64,000 nucleotides of DNA from Magnetospirillum sp. WYHS-4 (GCA_039908345.1 JAMOBD010000005.1:14273-78272), one strand, 5' to 3'. Positions 8,368 through 19,482 are shown, numbered from the stretch's first letter. The notes: generated by a model not told the origin, from the letters alone. A program made the numbers and translations.

Positions 8368-8865
8368 ATGGCCGATCGCATCTTCAATACCCTGTTCCTC
8401 TGCACTGGCAATTCGGCACGCAGCATCATGGCGGAATGCATCCTCAACCGTTTGGGAGTGGGCAAGTTCCGCGCCTTCAGTGCCGGCAGCCAACCGGCGG
8501 GCACGGTCAATCCGCAGACCCTGGAATTGCTGAAGCGCCTCAACTATCCGGTGGGCGAGTTGCGGTCCAAGAGTTGGGAGGAATTCTCCCGCCCTGGGGC
8601 TCCCGAACTCGATTTCGTCTTCACCGTCTGCGACAAGGCCGCCAACGAGGTCTGCCCCGTCTGGCCGGGGCAGCCGATGACCGCCCATTGGGGCGTCCCC
8701 GATCCCGTCGCCGCAACAGGCAACGCGGCGGAAGTCGGCCTTGCCTTCGCCGAAACCCACCGCATGTTGAACACCCGGCTTTCGATCTTCGTCAGCCTGC
8801 CCGTGGCCTCGCTGGACCGCCTGAGCCTCCAGAAGCGGCTGGACGAAATAGGCCATGCGCGATGA
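8368..8865 (+). CDS. arsC: Arsenate reductase, LMW-PTP type
   Basis: CX5R P-loop FLCTGNSARS. Additional Cys in FTVCDKAANEVCP. GGAGGA lies upstream of ATG 8368. Confidence 0.85.
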   Translation: MADRIFNTLFLCTGNSARSIMAECILNRLGVGKFRAFSAGSQPAGTVNPQTLELLKRLNYPVGELRSKSWEEFSRPGAPELDFVFTVCDKAANEVCPVWPGQPMTAHWGVPDPVAATGNAAEVGLAFAETHRMLNTRLSIFVSLPVASLDRLSLQKRLDEIGHAR

Positions 8866-8891
8866 TTGCCGGAACACCTATTTTTTGATAA

Positions 8892-8907
8892 ATGTAGAAA
8901 TGTAGAA
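8892..8907. repeat. Tandem direct repeat ATGTAGAA x2 in the AT-rich arsC-acr3 intergenic region (candidate operator)
   Basis: Read directly from the sequence. Related TGTAGA words occur at 12350-12355 (+) and 12390-12396 (-) just downstream of arsJ. Confidence 0.4.
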
Positions 8908-9028
8908 ATAATTTCGTCGCCACCGGCTTGGTGCGGGCTTGGCGGGGGCCCTCACATCTTCCATTCCGGCGATCTTGGGGGCATCCGGCCGCGGAATTCC
9001 GTAAGACTTGACGAAGGAAGCCCATTTC

Positions 9029-10078
9029 ATGTCCGCCCGAGCGCCCCTTGGATATTTCGAGCGCTACCTGACCCTCTGGGTGGCGCTCTGCATCGCCGCC
9101 GGCATCGGGCTCGGCCATGTCTGGCCCCAGCCCTTCCAGGCCATTGGCCGGATGGAGGTGGCACGGGTCAACCTGCCGGTGGCGGTGCTGATCTGGCTGA
9201 TGATCGTCCCCATGCTGCTCCGGATCGACTTCCGCGCCCTGCACCAGGTTAAGGAGCACTGGCGCGGCATCGGCGTCACCCTGTTCGTCAATTGGGCGGT
9301 AAAGCCCTTTTCCATGGCGCTGCTGGGCTGGCTGTTCATTCGCGGCCTCTTCGCCCCGCTGCTGCCCGCCGACCAGATCGATTCCTACATCGGCGGGCTG
9401 ATCATCCTGGCGGCGGCGCCGTGCACCGCCATGGTCTTCGTCTGGAGCAGCCTGTCGGACGGCGAGCCCCATTTCACGTTGAGCCAGGTGGCGCTCAACG
9501 ACAGCATCATGATCTTCGCCTTCGCGCCCATCGTCGGGCTGCTGCTCGGCCTGTCGTCCATCGTCGTGCCCTGGGAAACGCTCTTGATCTCCGTGGTCCT
9601 GTTCATCGTCGTGCCGGTCGCCATCGCCCAGGTTTGGCGGTCGCGGCTGCTGGCCCAGGATGGCGAGGCGGCACTGGCCCGCATCCTGGCGATCTTGCAG
9701 CCCCTCTCCCCAGCCGCCCTTTTGGCCACCCTGGTGCTGCTGTTCGGCTTCCAGGGGGAGCGCATTCTGGCCGAGCCCCTGGTCATCGCGCTGCTGGCGG
9801 TGCCGATCCTGATCCAGGTCTATTTCAACTCCGGCCTCGCCTACCTGCTGAACCGGCATCTGGGCGTCGCCCATTGCGTCGCCGGGCCGTCGGCCCTGAT
9901 CGGCGCCAGCAACTTCTTCGAACTGGCGGTCGCCACCGCCATCGGCCTGTTCGGCTTCGAGTCCGGAGCGGCGCTGGCCACCGTGGTCGGCGTGCTGGTC
10001 GAGGTGCCGGTGATGCTGTCGGTGGTGAAAGTCGTCAATTCCACCAAGGCATGGTACGAGAGGAGAGCTTCCGCATGA
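9029..10078 (+). CDS. acr3: Arsenite efflux permease, ACR3 family
   Basis: N-terminal [23 protein letters not shown]. About 10 predicted TM segments. AAPCTAMV motif with the conserved Cys. Confidence 0.9.
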   Translation: MSARAPLGYFERYLTLWVALCIAAGIGLGHVWPQPFQAIGRMEVARVNLPVAVLIWLMIVPMLLRIDFRALHQVKEHWRGIGVTLFVNWAVKPFSMALLGWLFIRGLFAPLLPADQIDSYIGGLIILAAAPCTAMVFVWSSLSDGEPHFTLSQVALNDSIMIFAFAPIVGLLLGLSSIVVPWETLLISVVLFIVVPVAIAQVWRSRLLAQDGEAALARILAILQPLSPAALLATLVLLFGFQGERILAEPLVIALLAVPILIQVYFNSGLAYLLNRHLGVAHCVAGPSALIGASNFFELAVATAIGLFGFESGAALATVVGVLVEVPVMLSVVKVVNSTKAWYERRASA

Positions 10079-11082
10079 CCGTCCGCATCGGCATCAACGG
10101 CTACGGCCGCATGGGGCGTTTGGCGCTACGCGCCGCCTGGGAGCGTCCCGGCATCGAGATCGTCCATATCAACGAGGTCAAGGGCGGGCCGGAATGCGCC
10201 GCCCACTTGACCGAGTTCGACACCGTGCACGGCCGCTGGGACCGGTCCTGCCGGGCCGAAGGCGGAAGCCTGGTCGTCGATGGCCGCCGAATCGGCTTCA
10301 GCGAACACGCCTCGCCCAAGGACATCCCTTGGGCGGACCTGGGCGTCGATCTGGTGATCGAGGGTTCCGGAAAGTTCCGCACGCCCGCCACCCTCAAGCC
10401 CCACTTCGACAACGGCGCCCGCAAGGTGATCGTCGCCGCCCCGGTCAAGGAGGAGGCGCTCAACGTCGTCTTCGGCATCAATGACCATCTCTACGATCCG
10501 GCGCGCCACCATCTTCTGACCGCCGCCTCCTGCACCACCAACTGCCTGGCCCCGGTGGTCAAGGTGGTGCACGAAGCCCTGGGCATCCTGCGCGGCACCA
10601 TCACCACCATCCACGACGTCACCAATACCCAGGTGGTGGTGGATGCCCCCCACAAGGACCTGCGCCGCGCCCGTTCGGCGCTCAACGCCCTGATCCCGAC
10701 CAGCACCGGTTCGGCCACCGCGATCACCCTGATCTATCCGGAACTCAAGGGGAAGCTGAACGGCCATGCGGTGCGGGTGCCGCTGCTCAACGCCTCCCTC
10801 ACCGACTGCGTGTTCGAGGTGGGGCGCCCCACCTCGGCCGAGGAACTCAACGGCCTGTTCAAGGCGGCGGCCGAGGGACCGCTCAAAGGCATCCTCGGGT
10901 TCGAGGAACGCCCGCTGGTCTCCACCGACTTCGTCAACGATCCCCGGTCCTCCATCGTCGATGGCCCCTCGACCATGGTGGTGGATGGCCGCATGGTGAA
11001 AATCTACACCTGGTACGACAACGAATGGGGCTACGTGAACCGGATGATCGACTTGGCCCGCAAGGTGGCCGCCACGATGTAG
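10075..11082 (+). CDS. gap: Glyceraldehyde-3-phosphate dehydrogenase, arsenic-island type (partner of ArsJ)
   Basis: INGYGRMGR Rossmann motif and catalytic [13 protein letters not shown] overlap with the acr3 stop. An arsJ-like MFS gene follows. Confidence 0.9.
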   Translation: MTVRIGINGYGRMGRLALRAAWERPGIEIVHINEVKGGPECAAHLTEFDTVHGRWDRSCRAEGGSLVVDGRRIGFSEHASPKDIPWADLGVDLVIEGSGKFRTPATLKPHFDNGARKVIVAAPVKEEALNVVFGINDHLYDPARHHLLTAASCTTNCLAPVVKVVHEALGILRGTITTIHDVTNTQVVVDAPHKDLRRARSALNALIPTSTGSATAITLIYPELKGKLNGHAVRVPLLNASLTDCVFEVGRPTSAEELNGLFKAAAEGPLKGILGFEERPLVSTDFVNDPRSSIVDGPSTMVVDGRMVKIYTWYDNEWGYVNRMIDLARKVAATM

Positions 11083-11092
11083 AGGGGCCCCC

Positions 11093-12319
11093 ATGGCCGA
11101 CATCCGCAACTACGCCGCCGTCACCGCCGCCTACTGGGCCTTCACGCTCACCGACGGCGCGCTGCGCATGCTGGTGCTGCTGCATTTCCACCGGCTGGGC
11201 TACACGCCGCTGGACCTCTCCATCCTGTTCCTGCTCTACGAGGCCATGGGGGTGGTCACCAACCTGGTGGGCGGCTGGATCGGCGCCCGCTTCGGGCTGC
11301 GCGTCACCCTGTTCGCCGGACTGGCGATCCAGGTCGCCGCCCTGCTCATGCTGTCCGCCCTCGACCCGGAGTGGGCGCTCGCGTTTTCGGTCGCCTACGT
11401 GATGGCGGCCCAGGCTTTGAGCGGCGTCGCCAAGGACCTCACCAAGATGAGTTCCAAGAGCGCGGTCAAGCTGGTGGTAAAGAAGGAAGGCCAGGGCCTG
11501 CTGTTCAAGTGGGTGGCCCTGCTCACCGGCTCGAAGAACGCGCTGAAGGGCTTGGGCTTCCTGCTGGGCGGTATCCTGCTGGAGGGGCTGGGCTTCCGGG
11601 AATCCCTCTGGGCGATGGCGGCCGCGCTGGTCGTGGTGCTGGGCCTGGCCGTCATGACGGTACGGGCCGACCTGGGCAAGGCCAAGCAGGTTTCCCGGCG
11701 CGACGTCTTTTCCAAGAGCCGGGAGATAAACCTGCTGTCGGCGGCGCGGGTCTTCCTGTTCGCTTCCCGCGACGTCTGGTTCGTGGTCGGACTGCCGATC
11801 TTCCTGGCCGACCGACTTGGCTGGAGATTCGATGAGGTAGGCGGATTCATGGCCGCCTGGATCGTCGGCTACGGAATGGTCCAGGCCGCGGCACCGCGCC
11901 TGCTGGGCAAGACCCGCGACGCCGCAAGCGGCGCAAGGGCGGCGCGCTTCTGGGGCTTCGTGCTGGCCCTGCTGCCCGCCGCCATCGCCCTGGGGCTGGG
12001 AACGCCCTTCGCCGCGCCGGCCCTGATCGGCGGCCTGCTGGTCTTCGGCATCGTCTTCGCCATCAACTCGTCGGTGCATTCCTATCTCATCGTGGCCTAC
12101 TCGGACCACGACAAGGTGGCGCTCAACGTCGGCTTCTACTACATGGCGAACGCCATCGGGCGTCTGGGGGGAACCTTCTTGTCGGGATTGACCTACCAGA
12201 TGGCGGGGCTGGAAGCCTGCCTCTGGACGTCGGCCGCCATGGTCGTCCTGGCCGCTGCCCTTGCCGGTTTGCTAACCGCGACCCGGCCAAGCCCCTCCGG
12301 AAATTTCGGGGGCGGCTGA
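11093..12319 (+). CDS. arsJ: MFS transporter ArsJ (organoarsenical / 1-arseno-3-phosphoglycerate efflux)
   Basis: 408 aa, ~12 TM MFS protein. N-terminal YWAFTLTDGALRMLVLLHFHRLGYTPLDL. Located immediately downstream of gapdh in an ars cluster. Confidence 0.8.
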   Translation: MADIRNYAAVTAAYWAFTLTDGALRMLVLLHFHRLGYTPLDLSILFLLYEAMGVVTNLVGGWIGARFGLRVTLFAGLAIQVAALLMLSALDPEWALAFSVAYVMAAQALSGVAKDLTKMSSKSAVKLVVKKEGQGLLFKWVALLTGSKNALKGLGFLLGGILLEGLGFRESLWAMAAALVVVLGLAVMTVRADLGKAKQVSRRDVFSKSREINLLSAARVFLFASRDVWFVVGLPIFLADRLGWRFDEVGGFMAAWIVGYGMVQAAAPRLLGKTRDAASGARAARFWGFVLALLPAAIALGLGTPFAAPALIGGLLVFGIVFAINSSVHSYLIVAYSDHDKVALNVGFYYMANAIGRLGGTFLSGLTYQMAGLEACLWTSAAMVVLAAALAGLLTATRPSPSGNFGGG

Positions 12320-12544
12320 CATCGGTTTCCCCGATGCGATTGTTTCGCTTGTAGATGAACTGCATCATTGAGTCAAATACGATAAGGACTCTACATGCGA
12401 GCTAACGCCTGGATTTTAAAGACAAAACCATATGTTGTCTGGTCATGGCGGGACGCAGACAATCCATTGTGGCGGAAATGGAACGGGCCTTGCGGCCTCG
12501 GCCGGGCGCGCAGGGCTTCGCTTCGCCTTGCCGGGATCGAAGGT

Positions 12545-13315
12545 TCAGCCCTTGGTCGCCAGGACCAGATAGTTGACGTCCAGGTCGGCCGTCAGGTACC
12601 AGGCGCCGGCCAGGGGGTTGTAGCCCATGCCCTTGAGGTCGATGACATCCAGGCCCTGGCGGGCGAGGGCGGCGGCCAGTTCGGAGGGCCGGAGGAACTT
12701 GTTCCAGTCGTGGGTGCCGGCGGGCAGCCAGCGCAGGATGTATTCCGCCGCCACCTTGGCCAGGGCGAAGGCCTTCAGCGTCCGGTTGACCGTGGACAGC
12801 ACCATGACGCCACCCGGCCGCACCAAGCGGGCGCAGGCTTGCAGCAGGGCGTCGACGTCGGGGACGTGTTCCACCACCTCCATCACCAGCACCGCGTCGT
12901 AGAGCTTGCCCTCGACCGCCAGTTCCTCCGGCAGGCCCTGGCGGTAGTCGATGGCGAGGCCTTCGCCTTCGGCATGGATGCGGGCCACCTGGACGTTGGC
13001 TTCCCCGGCGTCGATGCCCACCACCTTCGCGCCCAGGCGGGACAAGGGCTCGGACAGCAACCCGCCGCCGCAGCCCACGTCCAGCACCGCCAGTCCCTCG
13101 AAGGGCCGCCCGGCCCCCAGGCTCTTGCCGAAATGGCGGGCCAGGTGGGTGCGGATGAAGTCGACGCGCGGCGGATTGAGGTCGTGCAGGGGCCGGAACT
13201 TGCCGTGGGGGTCCCACCATTCCTCCGCCATGGCGGTGAAGCGGGCGACCTCATCGGCCGAGGCCGTGCCCGGCACTTCCGGGGCCTTCTTCTTGGTGCG
13301 GCGGGCGGCGGCCAT
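12545..13315 (-). CDS. ubiG: Bifunctional 3-demethylubiquinone / 2-polyprenyl-6-hydroxyphenol O-methyltransferase
   Basis: FTAMAEEWWDPHGKFRPLH, SAM motif VLDVGCGGGLLSE and VLVMEVVEHVPD. Start taken at MAAARR (13315). Confidence 0.9.
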   Translation of the reverse strand: MAAARRTKKKAPEVPGTASADEVARFTAMAEEWWDPHGKFRPLHDLNPPRVDFIRTHLARHFGKSLGAGRPFEGLAVLDVGCGGGLLSEPLSRLGAKVVGIDAGEANVQVARIHAEGEGLAIDYRQGLPEELAVEGKLYDAVLVMEVVEHVPDVDALLQACARLVRPGGVMVLSTVNRTLKAFALAKVAAEYILRWLPAGTHDWNKFLRPSELAAALARQGLDVIDLKGMGYNPLAGAWYLTADLDVNYLVLATKG

Positions 13316-13434
13316 ATGGTCGTCTCCTTCCCTTGCCAGGCAAAAGCGTTGCGAGTATGTATACCCGCCCGCCGCCCGGCCACAAGCATCGAACGGCCGC
13401 CGGCGGTCAGACGTTTGCGAGGGGAGGACCGACA

Positions 13435-14664
13435 ATGGCCCGCATCGTGATGAAATTCGGCGGCACCTCGGTGGCCAACACCGTGCGCATCAAGGCCGTG
13501 GCCCAGCGCGTCAAGCGCGAGGTGGACGCCGGCAACGAGGTGGCGGTGGTGGTTTCGGCCATGGCCGGGGTGACCAACCAGCTCGTCGCCTACGTCGACG
13601 AGATTGCGACGCTCTACGACGCCCGCGAGTACGACGCCGTCGTCGCTTCGGGCGAACAGGTGACCTCGGGGCTTCTGGCCCTGGCGCTCCAGGCCTTGGG
13701 CGTGGAGGCCCGGTCCTGGCAGGGCTGGCAGGTCCCCATCCATACCGATCCCACCCACGGCAAGGCGCGCATCGAGGCCATCCCGGCCGACGGCATGGCG
13801 GCCCGCATGGCCAAGGGCGAGGTGGCGGTCGTCGCCGGTTTCCAGGGTGTCGCCCCGGAAGGGCGCATCGCCACCCTGGGGCGGGGCGGTTCGGACACCT
13901 CGGCGGTGGCGGTGGCCGCCGCCATCGATGCCGACCGCTGCGACATCTATACCGACGTGGACGGCGTCTACACCGCCGATCCGCGCATCGTTTCCAAGGC
14001 CAGGAAGCTCGACAAGATCACTTACGAGGAAATGCTGGAAATGGCCTCCGTGGGGGCCAAGGTCCTGCAGACCCGGTCGGTCGAGATGGCCATGAAGCAC
14101 AAGGTCCGGGTGCAGGTGCTGTCCTCGCTGGTGGACGCGCCGGGCACCCTTGTCGTCGATGAAAGCGAGATCAAGGACATGGAACAGGCACTGGTCAGCG
14201 GCATCGTCTACGACCGCAACGAAGCGAAGATCACCCTCCGGCAAGTGGCCGACCGGCCCGGCGTCGCCGCCGCCATCTTCGGGCCTTTGGCCGACGCGGC
14301 GATCAACGTGGACATGATCGTCCAGAACATCTCGCCGGACCACAAGACCACCGACCTTACCTTCACCGTGGGCAAGACCGACCTGGAACGGGCGGTCAAG
14401 ACCCTGGAAGCCCGGAAGGACGACCTGAAGTACGCCGAGATCATCTCGGATTCCAACGTGGTCAAGATCTCGGTGGTGGGCGTCGGCATGCGCAGCCATG
14501 CCGGGGTGGCGCAGAAGATGTTCTCGACGCTGGCCGAGAAGGGCATCAACATCCAGGTCATCTCGACATCGGAGATCAAGGTCAGCGTGCTGATCGACGA
14601 GGAATACAGCGAACTCGCCCAGCGCGCCTTGCATCACGTCTACGGCCTCGACAAGACGGACTGA
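13435..14664 (+). CDS. lysC: Aspartate kinase
   Basis: [15 protein letters not shown] and SAMAGVTN, with two C-terminal ACT-like regions. Confidence 0.95.
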   Translation: MARIVMKFGGTSVANTVRIKAVAQRVKREVDAGNEVAVVVSAMAGVTNQLVAYVDEIATLYDAREYDAVVASGEQVTSGLLALALQALGVEARSWQGWQVPIHTDPTHGKARIEAIPADGMAARMAKGEVAVVAGFQGVAPEGRIATLGRGGSDTSAVAVAAAIDADRCDIYTDVDGVYTADPRIVSKARKLDKITYEEMLEMASVGAKVLQTRSVEMAMKHKVRVQVLSSLVDAPGTLVVDESEIKDMEQALVSGIVYDRNEAKITLRQVADRPGVAAAIFGPLADAAINVDMIVQNISPDHKTTDLTFTVGKTDLERAVKTLEARKDDLKYAEIISDSNVVKISVVGVGMRSHAGVAQKMFSTLAEKGINIQVISTSEIKVSVLIDEEYSELAQRALHHVYGLDKTD

Positions 14665-14666
14665 AC

Positions 14667-15701
14667 ATGAACGCCCTTTCGCCGCAGGAACGCCTCGACC
14701 AGCTCTGGCGGCGCGGCTGCGAGTTCCTTGGCACGCGTCATGCCATCCTGGGCGGCGCCATGTCCTGGCTGTCGGAACGGAACCTGGTTTCCGCCATTTC
14801 CAATGCGGGCGGCTTCGGGGTGATCGCCTGCGGTTCCATGAATCCGGCGCAACTGGACGCCGAGATCGAAGCCACGCAGGCCCTGACCGTCAAGCCCTTC
14901 GGCGTCAACCTGATTACCATGCATCCCGACCTGGACGCCCTGATCGACGTCTGCATCGCCCGCGAATGCACCCATGTGGTCCTGGCCGGCGGCCTGCCCA
15001 GCGGCGCCTCGATCAAGAAGGTCAAGGACGCGGGCGCCAAGGCCATCTGCTTCGCCCCCGCCCTGGTGCTGGCGAAGAAACTGGTGCGCAGCGGGACCGA
15101 CGCCCTGGTCATCGAGGGATCGGAAGCCGGCGGCCATATCGGCCCCGTTTCCACCAGCGTGCTGGCCCAGGAGATCCTGCCCCAGGTCCGGGACGTGCCG
15201 GTCTTCGTGGCCGGCGGCATCGGGCGCGGCGAGGCCATGCTGTCCTACCTGGAGATGGGAGCGTCGGGCTGCCAACTGGGCACCCGCTTCGTCTGCGCAT
15301 GCGAATGCGTCGCCCATCACGCCTTCAAGCAGGCCTTCATCAAGGGCCAGGCCCGCGACGCCATGCCGACCGTGCAGGTCGACCCGCGCTTCCCGGTGAT
15401 TCCGGTGCGCGCCCTGGCCAACGACGGCACCCAGCGCTTCATCGAGACCCAGCACGCGGTCATCGCGCGTTTCCGCAATGGCGAATTGGACCAGAAGCAG
15501 GCCCAGTTGGAAATCGAGCACTACTGGGCGGGCGCCCTGCGCCGCGCCGCCATCGACGGCGACGTGGAAAACGGCTCGCTCATGGCCGGCCAGAGCGTCG
15601 GCATGGTGACCCGCGAACAACCCACCGCCGAAATCGTCGCCGAACTGGTGGACCAAGCCCTCGCGGCGCTGGCGTCCCGCTGCGGGCCGGGGACGCCCTG
15701 A
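14667..15701 (+). CDS. Nitronate monooxygenase / FabK-like FMN oxidoreductase (NMO family)
   Basis: 344 aa. GGAMSWLS..LVSAISNAGGFGVI and VFVAGGIG are typical of the NMO / 2-nitropropane dioxygenase family. Confidence 0.8.
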   Translation: MNALSPQERLDQLWRRGCEFLGTRHAILGGAMSWLSERNLVSAISNAGGFGVIACGSMNPAQLDAEIEATQALTVKPFGVNLITMHPDLDALIDVCIARECTHVVLAGGLPSGASIKKVKDAGAKAICFAPALVLAKKLVRSGTDALVIEGSEAGGHIGPVSTSVLAQEILPQVRDVPVFVAGGIGRGEAMLSYLEMGASGCQLGTRFVCACECVAHHAFKQAFIKGQARDAMPTVQVDPRFPVIPVRALANDGTQRFIETQHAVIARFRNGELDQKQAQLEIEHYWAGALRRAAIDGDVENGSLMAGQSVGMVTREQPTAEIVAELVDQALAALASRCGPGTP

Positions 15702-15702
15702 A

Positions 15703-17979
15703 ATGACGGACACCCGCCCCGGCCTCAAGCCGCGCCAACTCCTGGCACGGCTGCGCGATATCATGGCGACCCACGAATTGGCCCAGGTCCGCCTGGATCG
15801 CATCGTGCGCCTGATCGCCGAGGACCTGGCGGCCGAAGTCTGCTCCTTCTACGTGCGACGCGCCGGCGACCTGCTGGAACTCTTCGCCAACGTGGGCTTC
15901 AAGGAACAGGCCGTCCACTTCACCCGCCTGAGAGTCGGCGAAGGCGTGGTGGGGGACATCGCCGCCCATGCGCGGCCGCTCGCCCTGTCGGACGCCCAGA
16001 GCCATCCCAAGTTCGTCTTCCGACCGGAAACGGGCGAGGAACTTTACCATTCCCTGATGGGCGTGCCGATCCTGCGCGGCGGCCGCGTCATCGGCGTCCT
16101 GGTGGTACAGAACAAGACCTTCCGCCGCTACCTGGACGAGGATGTGGAGACCCTGCAGACCGTCGCCATGGTATTGGCCGAAATGGTGGCGGGCGGAGAA
16201 CTGATCGGCAAGGCGGAACTGCTCCCCGCCGACGGCAACGCCTTGTTGCCGCTGCGTCTGGAAGGCGTGCGCTTCAACGGCGGCATCGCCATCGGCACCG
16301 CCGTGCTGCACGAACCCCAGGTCGCCGTCGACCGCATGGTGGCGACGGACATCGGCCACGAGCATGCCCGCCTGCACCAGGCGGTGGCGGACATGCATGG
16401 CGCCTTGGACGCCTTGTTCCGCAAGGGCGACCTGCAGGGTGCCGGCGAGCACCGCGAGGTCATCGAGACCTACCGCATGATTGCCGAGGACGCGGGCTGG
16501 CTGTCGCGCATCGACGAGGCGATCAACGGGGGGCTGACCGCCGAAGCCGCCGTGCAGAAGGTGCAGAGCGACATCCGGGCCCGCATGAGCCAGGTCCAGG
16601 ACGCCTACCTGAAGGAACGCATCCACGATTTCGAGGACCTGGCGCACCGGCTGCTCCGCCACCTGCTGGGGGAAGACGGAAAGGCGGCCCAGGGCGAATT
16701 GCCGACCGACGCGGTCATCGTGGCCCGCAACATGGGGCCGGCCCAGCTTCTGGATTACGACCGCGCCAAGGTGCGCGGACTGGTCCTGGAAGAAGGTACC
16801 GCCACCTCCCACGTGGCCATCATCGCCCGGGCCCTCGACATCCCGGTGATCGGCCATGTGCGCGACGTGCTGGGGCGCATCGAGAACGGCGATCCGGTGA
16901 TCGTCGATGGGGATCGCGGCCAAGTCTTCATCCGTCCGGGCGAAGACATCCAACTGGCCTTCGCCGAAAACCTGAAGGCCATCGCCCGCCAGCGCGACGC
17001 CTACGCCGATCTCAAGGACCTGCCGGCCGTCACCCTGGACGGACAGCGCATCGACCTGCTGGTCAACGTCGGCCTGCTGGCTGAGCTGGAACACGTGGAA
17101 CGCTTCGGCGCCGACGGGGTTGGGCTTTATCGCACCGAAGTGCCGTTCATGGTGCGGTCCGACTTCCCCACCGTTCCCGAACAGGCCCAGTTCTACGGCC
17201 GGGTCCTGGACCAAGCCCATGGCAGGCCGGTGGTGTTCCGTACCTTGGACGTGGGCGGCGACAAGGTGTTGCCCTACTGGCAAACCGCCGACGAGGAGAA
17301 CCCGGCCATGGGCTGGCGGGCCATCCGTATCTCGCTGGATCGCCCGGCCATGCTGCGCCAGCAGTTGCGGGCCCTGTTGCGGGCCGGGGCGGGGCGCGAT
17401 CTCTACGTCATGTTCCCCATGATCGCCGACGTCGCCGAATTCTCCGCCGCCCGCGACCTGCTCGACATGGAACTGGACCGCGAGCGCCGGCTGGGGGCGA
17501 CGCTGCCCGCCGCCGTCCAGGTGGGCGCCATGCTCGAGGTCCCTTCGCTGGCCTTCCAGTTGCCCGCCCTGCTGAAGCAGGTGGATTTCCTGTCCATCGG
17601 CAGCAACGACCTGATGCAGTTCCTGTTTGCCTGCGACCGCGGCAACCCTCGCCTTTCCGAACGCTACGACATGCTGTCGCCGCCGGTGCTCAATTTCCTG
17701 GGCTCGGTGGCCGAGCAATGCGCCGCCGTCGGCAAGCCCTTCAGTCTCTGCGGCGAGATGGCCAGCCGGCCCCTGGAAGCCATGACCCTGATCGGGCTCG
17801 GCTTCCGCCGCCTGTCCGTGGTGCCGGCCACCGTGTGGCCCGTCAAGGCCATGATCCGCTCGCTCCGCGCGGCGCCGCTCGCCGACTATCTGGCCGATCT
17901 TCGCCAATCCACCCAGCGTAGCCTGCGGGAACGCCTCAAGGCCTTCGCCCGCGACCATGGGGTCGTCCTCCCCCCCTGA
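15703..17979 (+). CDS. ptsP: Phosphoenolpyruvate-protein phosphotransferase EI-Ntr (GAF + PEP-utilizing domains)
   Basis: 758 aa. N-terminal GAF domain. Phospho-His region EEGTATSHVAIIARAL. C-terminal PEP-binding region GSNDLMQF. Confidence 0.95.
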   Translation: MTDTRPGLKPRQLLARLRDIMATHELAQVRLDRIVRLIAEDLAAEVCSFYVRRAGDLLELFANVGFKEQAVHFTRLRVGEGVVGDIAAHARPLALSDAQSHPKFVFRPETGEELYHSLMGVPILRGGRVIGVLVVQNKTFRRYLDEDVETLQTVAMVLAEMVAGGELIGKAELLPADGNALLPLRLEGVRFNGGIAIGTAVLHEPQVAVDRMVATDIGHEHARLHQAVADMHGALDALFRKGDLQGAGEHREVIETYRMIAEDAGWLSRIDEAINGGLTAEAAVQKVQSDIRARMSQVQDAYLKERIHDFEDLAHRLLRHLLGEDGKAAQGELPTDAVIVARNMGPAQLLDYDRAKVRGLVLEEGTATSHVAIIARALDIPVIGHVRDVLGRIENGDPVIVDGDRGQVFIRPGEDIQLAFAENLKAIARQRDAYADLKDLPAVTLDGQRIDLLVNVGLLAELEHVERFGADGVGLYRTEVPFMVRSDFPTVPEQAQFYGRVLDQAHGRPVVFRTLDVGGDKVLPYWQTADEENPAMGWRAIRISLDRPAMLRQQLRALLRAGAGRDLYVMFPMIADVAEFSAARDLLDMELDRERRLGATLPAAVQVGAMLEVPSLAFQLPALLKQVDFLSIGSNDLMQFLFACDRGNPRLSERYDMLSPPVLNFLGSVAEQCAAVGKPFSLCGEMASRPLEAMTLIGLGFRRLSVVPATVWPVKAMIRSLRAAPLADYLADLRQSTQRSLRERLKAFARDHGVVLPP

Positions 17980-18151
17980 CGGTCCCGGCAACTCCCTGGG
18001 AATCGCAGGGGTGCCGGATGGGTTTCCGGGTTGCAATTCGGGCTCAGTCTGGCAGAATGTGCGCCATCGGATGAGAAAGGCCTTCGTATCCAGCAACCGA
18101 TGGACGGGTTGGCTGCGGGGGCCGATCTTTGTTGCAGGAACCTGATCGACG

Positions 18152-19468
18152 ATGACCGAGTCTCAGTCCCCCCCCGAGCAAGTCGCGCCCTCCCACGAGG
18201 CCGAAGAAGACGTTCCCGCCGCCGCCGGGGTCGGTATGCTGCTGAAGGCGTCGCGACTGCGCTGCGGCGAGGAGTTGCGGGACGTCGCCAACGCCTTGAA
18301 AATCCGCTATGCGTTCCTGGACTCCATCGAGGCAGGGCGTTTCCAGGACCTGCCCGGTCCGACTTACGCCGCCGGCTTTGTCCGTTCCTACGCCGATTAC
18401 CTGGGCCTGGATGGCGAAGAGGTGGTGCGGCGCTTCAAAAAGGAAGCGGTTCCGGCCCCCCAGGTCCGCTCCCAGTTGGACTTTCCCTCGCCGGTGGTGG
18501 AATCCGGCGTGCCCAAGGCCGGCATCCTGTTCGTTGGCCTGATGATCGCGGCGGTTGCCTACGGCGGCTGGTACGTGACTTCCGGCAAGGGAGCCTTCTT
18601 CCGGGACTTGGTATCGTCGGTTCCCGAAACCATGGCCAAGACCGAAGATTCGCCCGTCGATAAGAAGCCGGAGGGCAGCGAGGCCCCTCCCCCCCCTGCC
18701 CAGGGTTCGGAAAGGCTGTTCCAACCCGCCGCCATACCCGAGGCCAAGCCGTCTCCCGACGTCGCGCCCATGGCTTCCGCGGAGAAGCCGGCCGAGCCGG
18801 CTCCCATGCCGGCGCAAGCCCCGGCTCCGGTACCGCCCCCCGCTCCCGCGGCGCCCCAGGTGGCGCCCGCCGAACCGGCCGCGGCGCCGGTGGTAGCCGA
18901 GAAGCCGGCCGAACCTCTGAAGACCGAGAAGGAAAAAGCCGCCGAAGCCAAGGAGAAGGCAAAGGCCGAGAAGGAAAAGGCCGCCCAGGAGGCGAAGGAC
19001 AAGGCCGCCCGCGAGAAGACCGAGAAGGAAAGGCTGGCGTTAGAGGCCAAGGAGAAGGCCGCCCGCGAGAAGGCGGAGAAGGAAAAGGCCGCGACGCCCG
19101 CCGCCGAAAGTTCGCCCGAAGCGGCGCCGACGCCTCAGTCGGATTCCTCGGGCAACCGGACGTTCGGCGCTCCCGAAGCCGAGTCTTCGCGGGTGGTGGT
19201 CAAGGCGACATCGGACAGTTGGATACAGGTGCGCGACGACGCCAACAACAAGATCGTTTCCACCCGCGTGCTGCGCACCGGCGACATCTACCGGGTACCG
19301 ACGATGCCGGGCCTCAAGCTGGCGACCGGCAATGCCGGCGCCCTGGAAATCCGCGTCGACGGTCAAACGGTGCCGTCCATCGGCAATTCGGGCATGGTCC
19401 GGCGCAACATCGTCCTGGACCCGGATCGCCTGAAGAGCGGCACCGCCGTCGATTCCACCGGCAACTAG
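18152..19468 (+). CDS. rodZ: RodZ-like cytoskeleton protein (HTH, TM, K/E/A/P-rich linker, DUF4115)
   Basis: [38 protein letters not shown] segment [19 protein letters not shown]-terminal [27 protein letters not shown]. Located upstream of ispG-hisS. Confidence 0.8.
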   Translation: MTESQSPPEQVAPSHEAEEDVPAAAGVGMLLKASRLRCGEELRDVANALKIRYAFLDSIEAGRFQDLPGPTYAAGFVRSYADYLGLDGEEVVRRFKKEAVPAPQVRSQLDFPSPVVESGVPKAGILFVGLMIAAVAYGGWYVTSGKGAFFRDLVSSVPETMAKTEDSPVDKKPEGSEAPPPPAQGSERLFQPAAIPEAKPSPDVAPMASAEKPAEPAPMPAQAPAPVPPPAPAAPQVAPAEPAAAPVVAEKPAEPLKTEKEKAAEAKEKAKAEKEKAAQEAKDKAAREKTEKERLALEAKEKAAREKAEKEKAATPAAESSPEAAPTPQSDSSGNRTFGAPEAESSRVVVKATSDSWIQVRDDANNKIVSTRVLRTGDIYRVPTMPGLKLATGNAGALEIRVDGQTVPSIGNSGMVRRNIVLDPDRLKSGTAVDSTGN

Positions 19469-19482
19469 CCGGACCCCGTCCC

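Noticed and set aside
8263-9028. Search for an ArsR/SmtB repressor gene in the ars cluster spacers.
   Set aside because: No ORF with an HTH or metal-site pattern was found. The only ORFs (8281-8877 minus, 8866-9252 plus) are shadow frames or cross the AT-rich spacer.
12883-14637. 584-aa minus-strand ORF opposite lysC and ubiG.
   Set aside because: It is a shadow ORF antisense to aspartate kinase, with no motifs and an arginine/glycine/histidine-rich composition.
15580-18096. 838-aa ORF on the minus strand opposite ptsP.
   Set aside because: It is antisense to a gene with unambiguous EI-Ntr motifs. Its translation is rich in G/A/R/P/H/Q/V with no recognisable domain. This is the typical long shadow ORF of GC-rich DNA.
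18930-19090. Repetitive KEKAAxEAK-coding stretch that might have been a tandem repeat or array.
   Set aside because: It is an in-frame low-complexity K/E/A linker of the RodZ-like protein. It is not a spacer-repeat structure, and there is no CRISPR-like periodicity.
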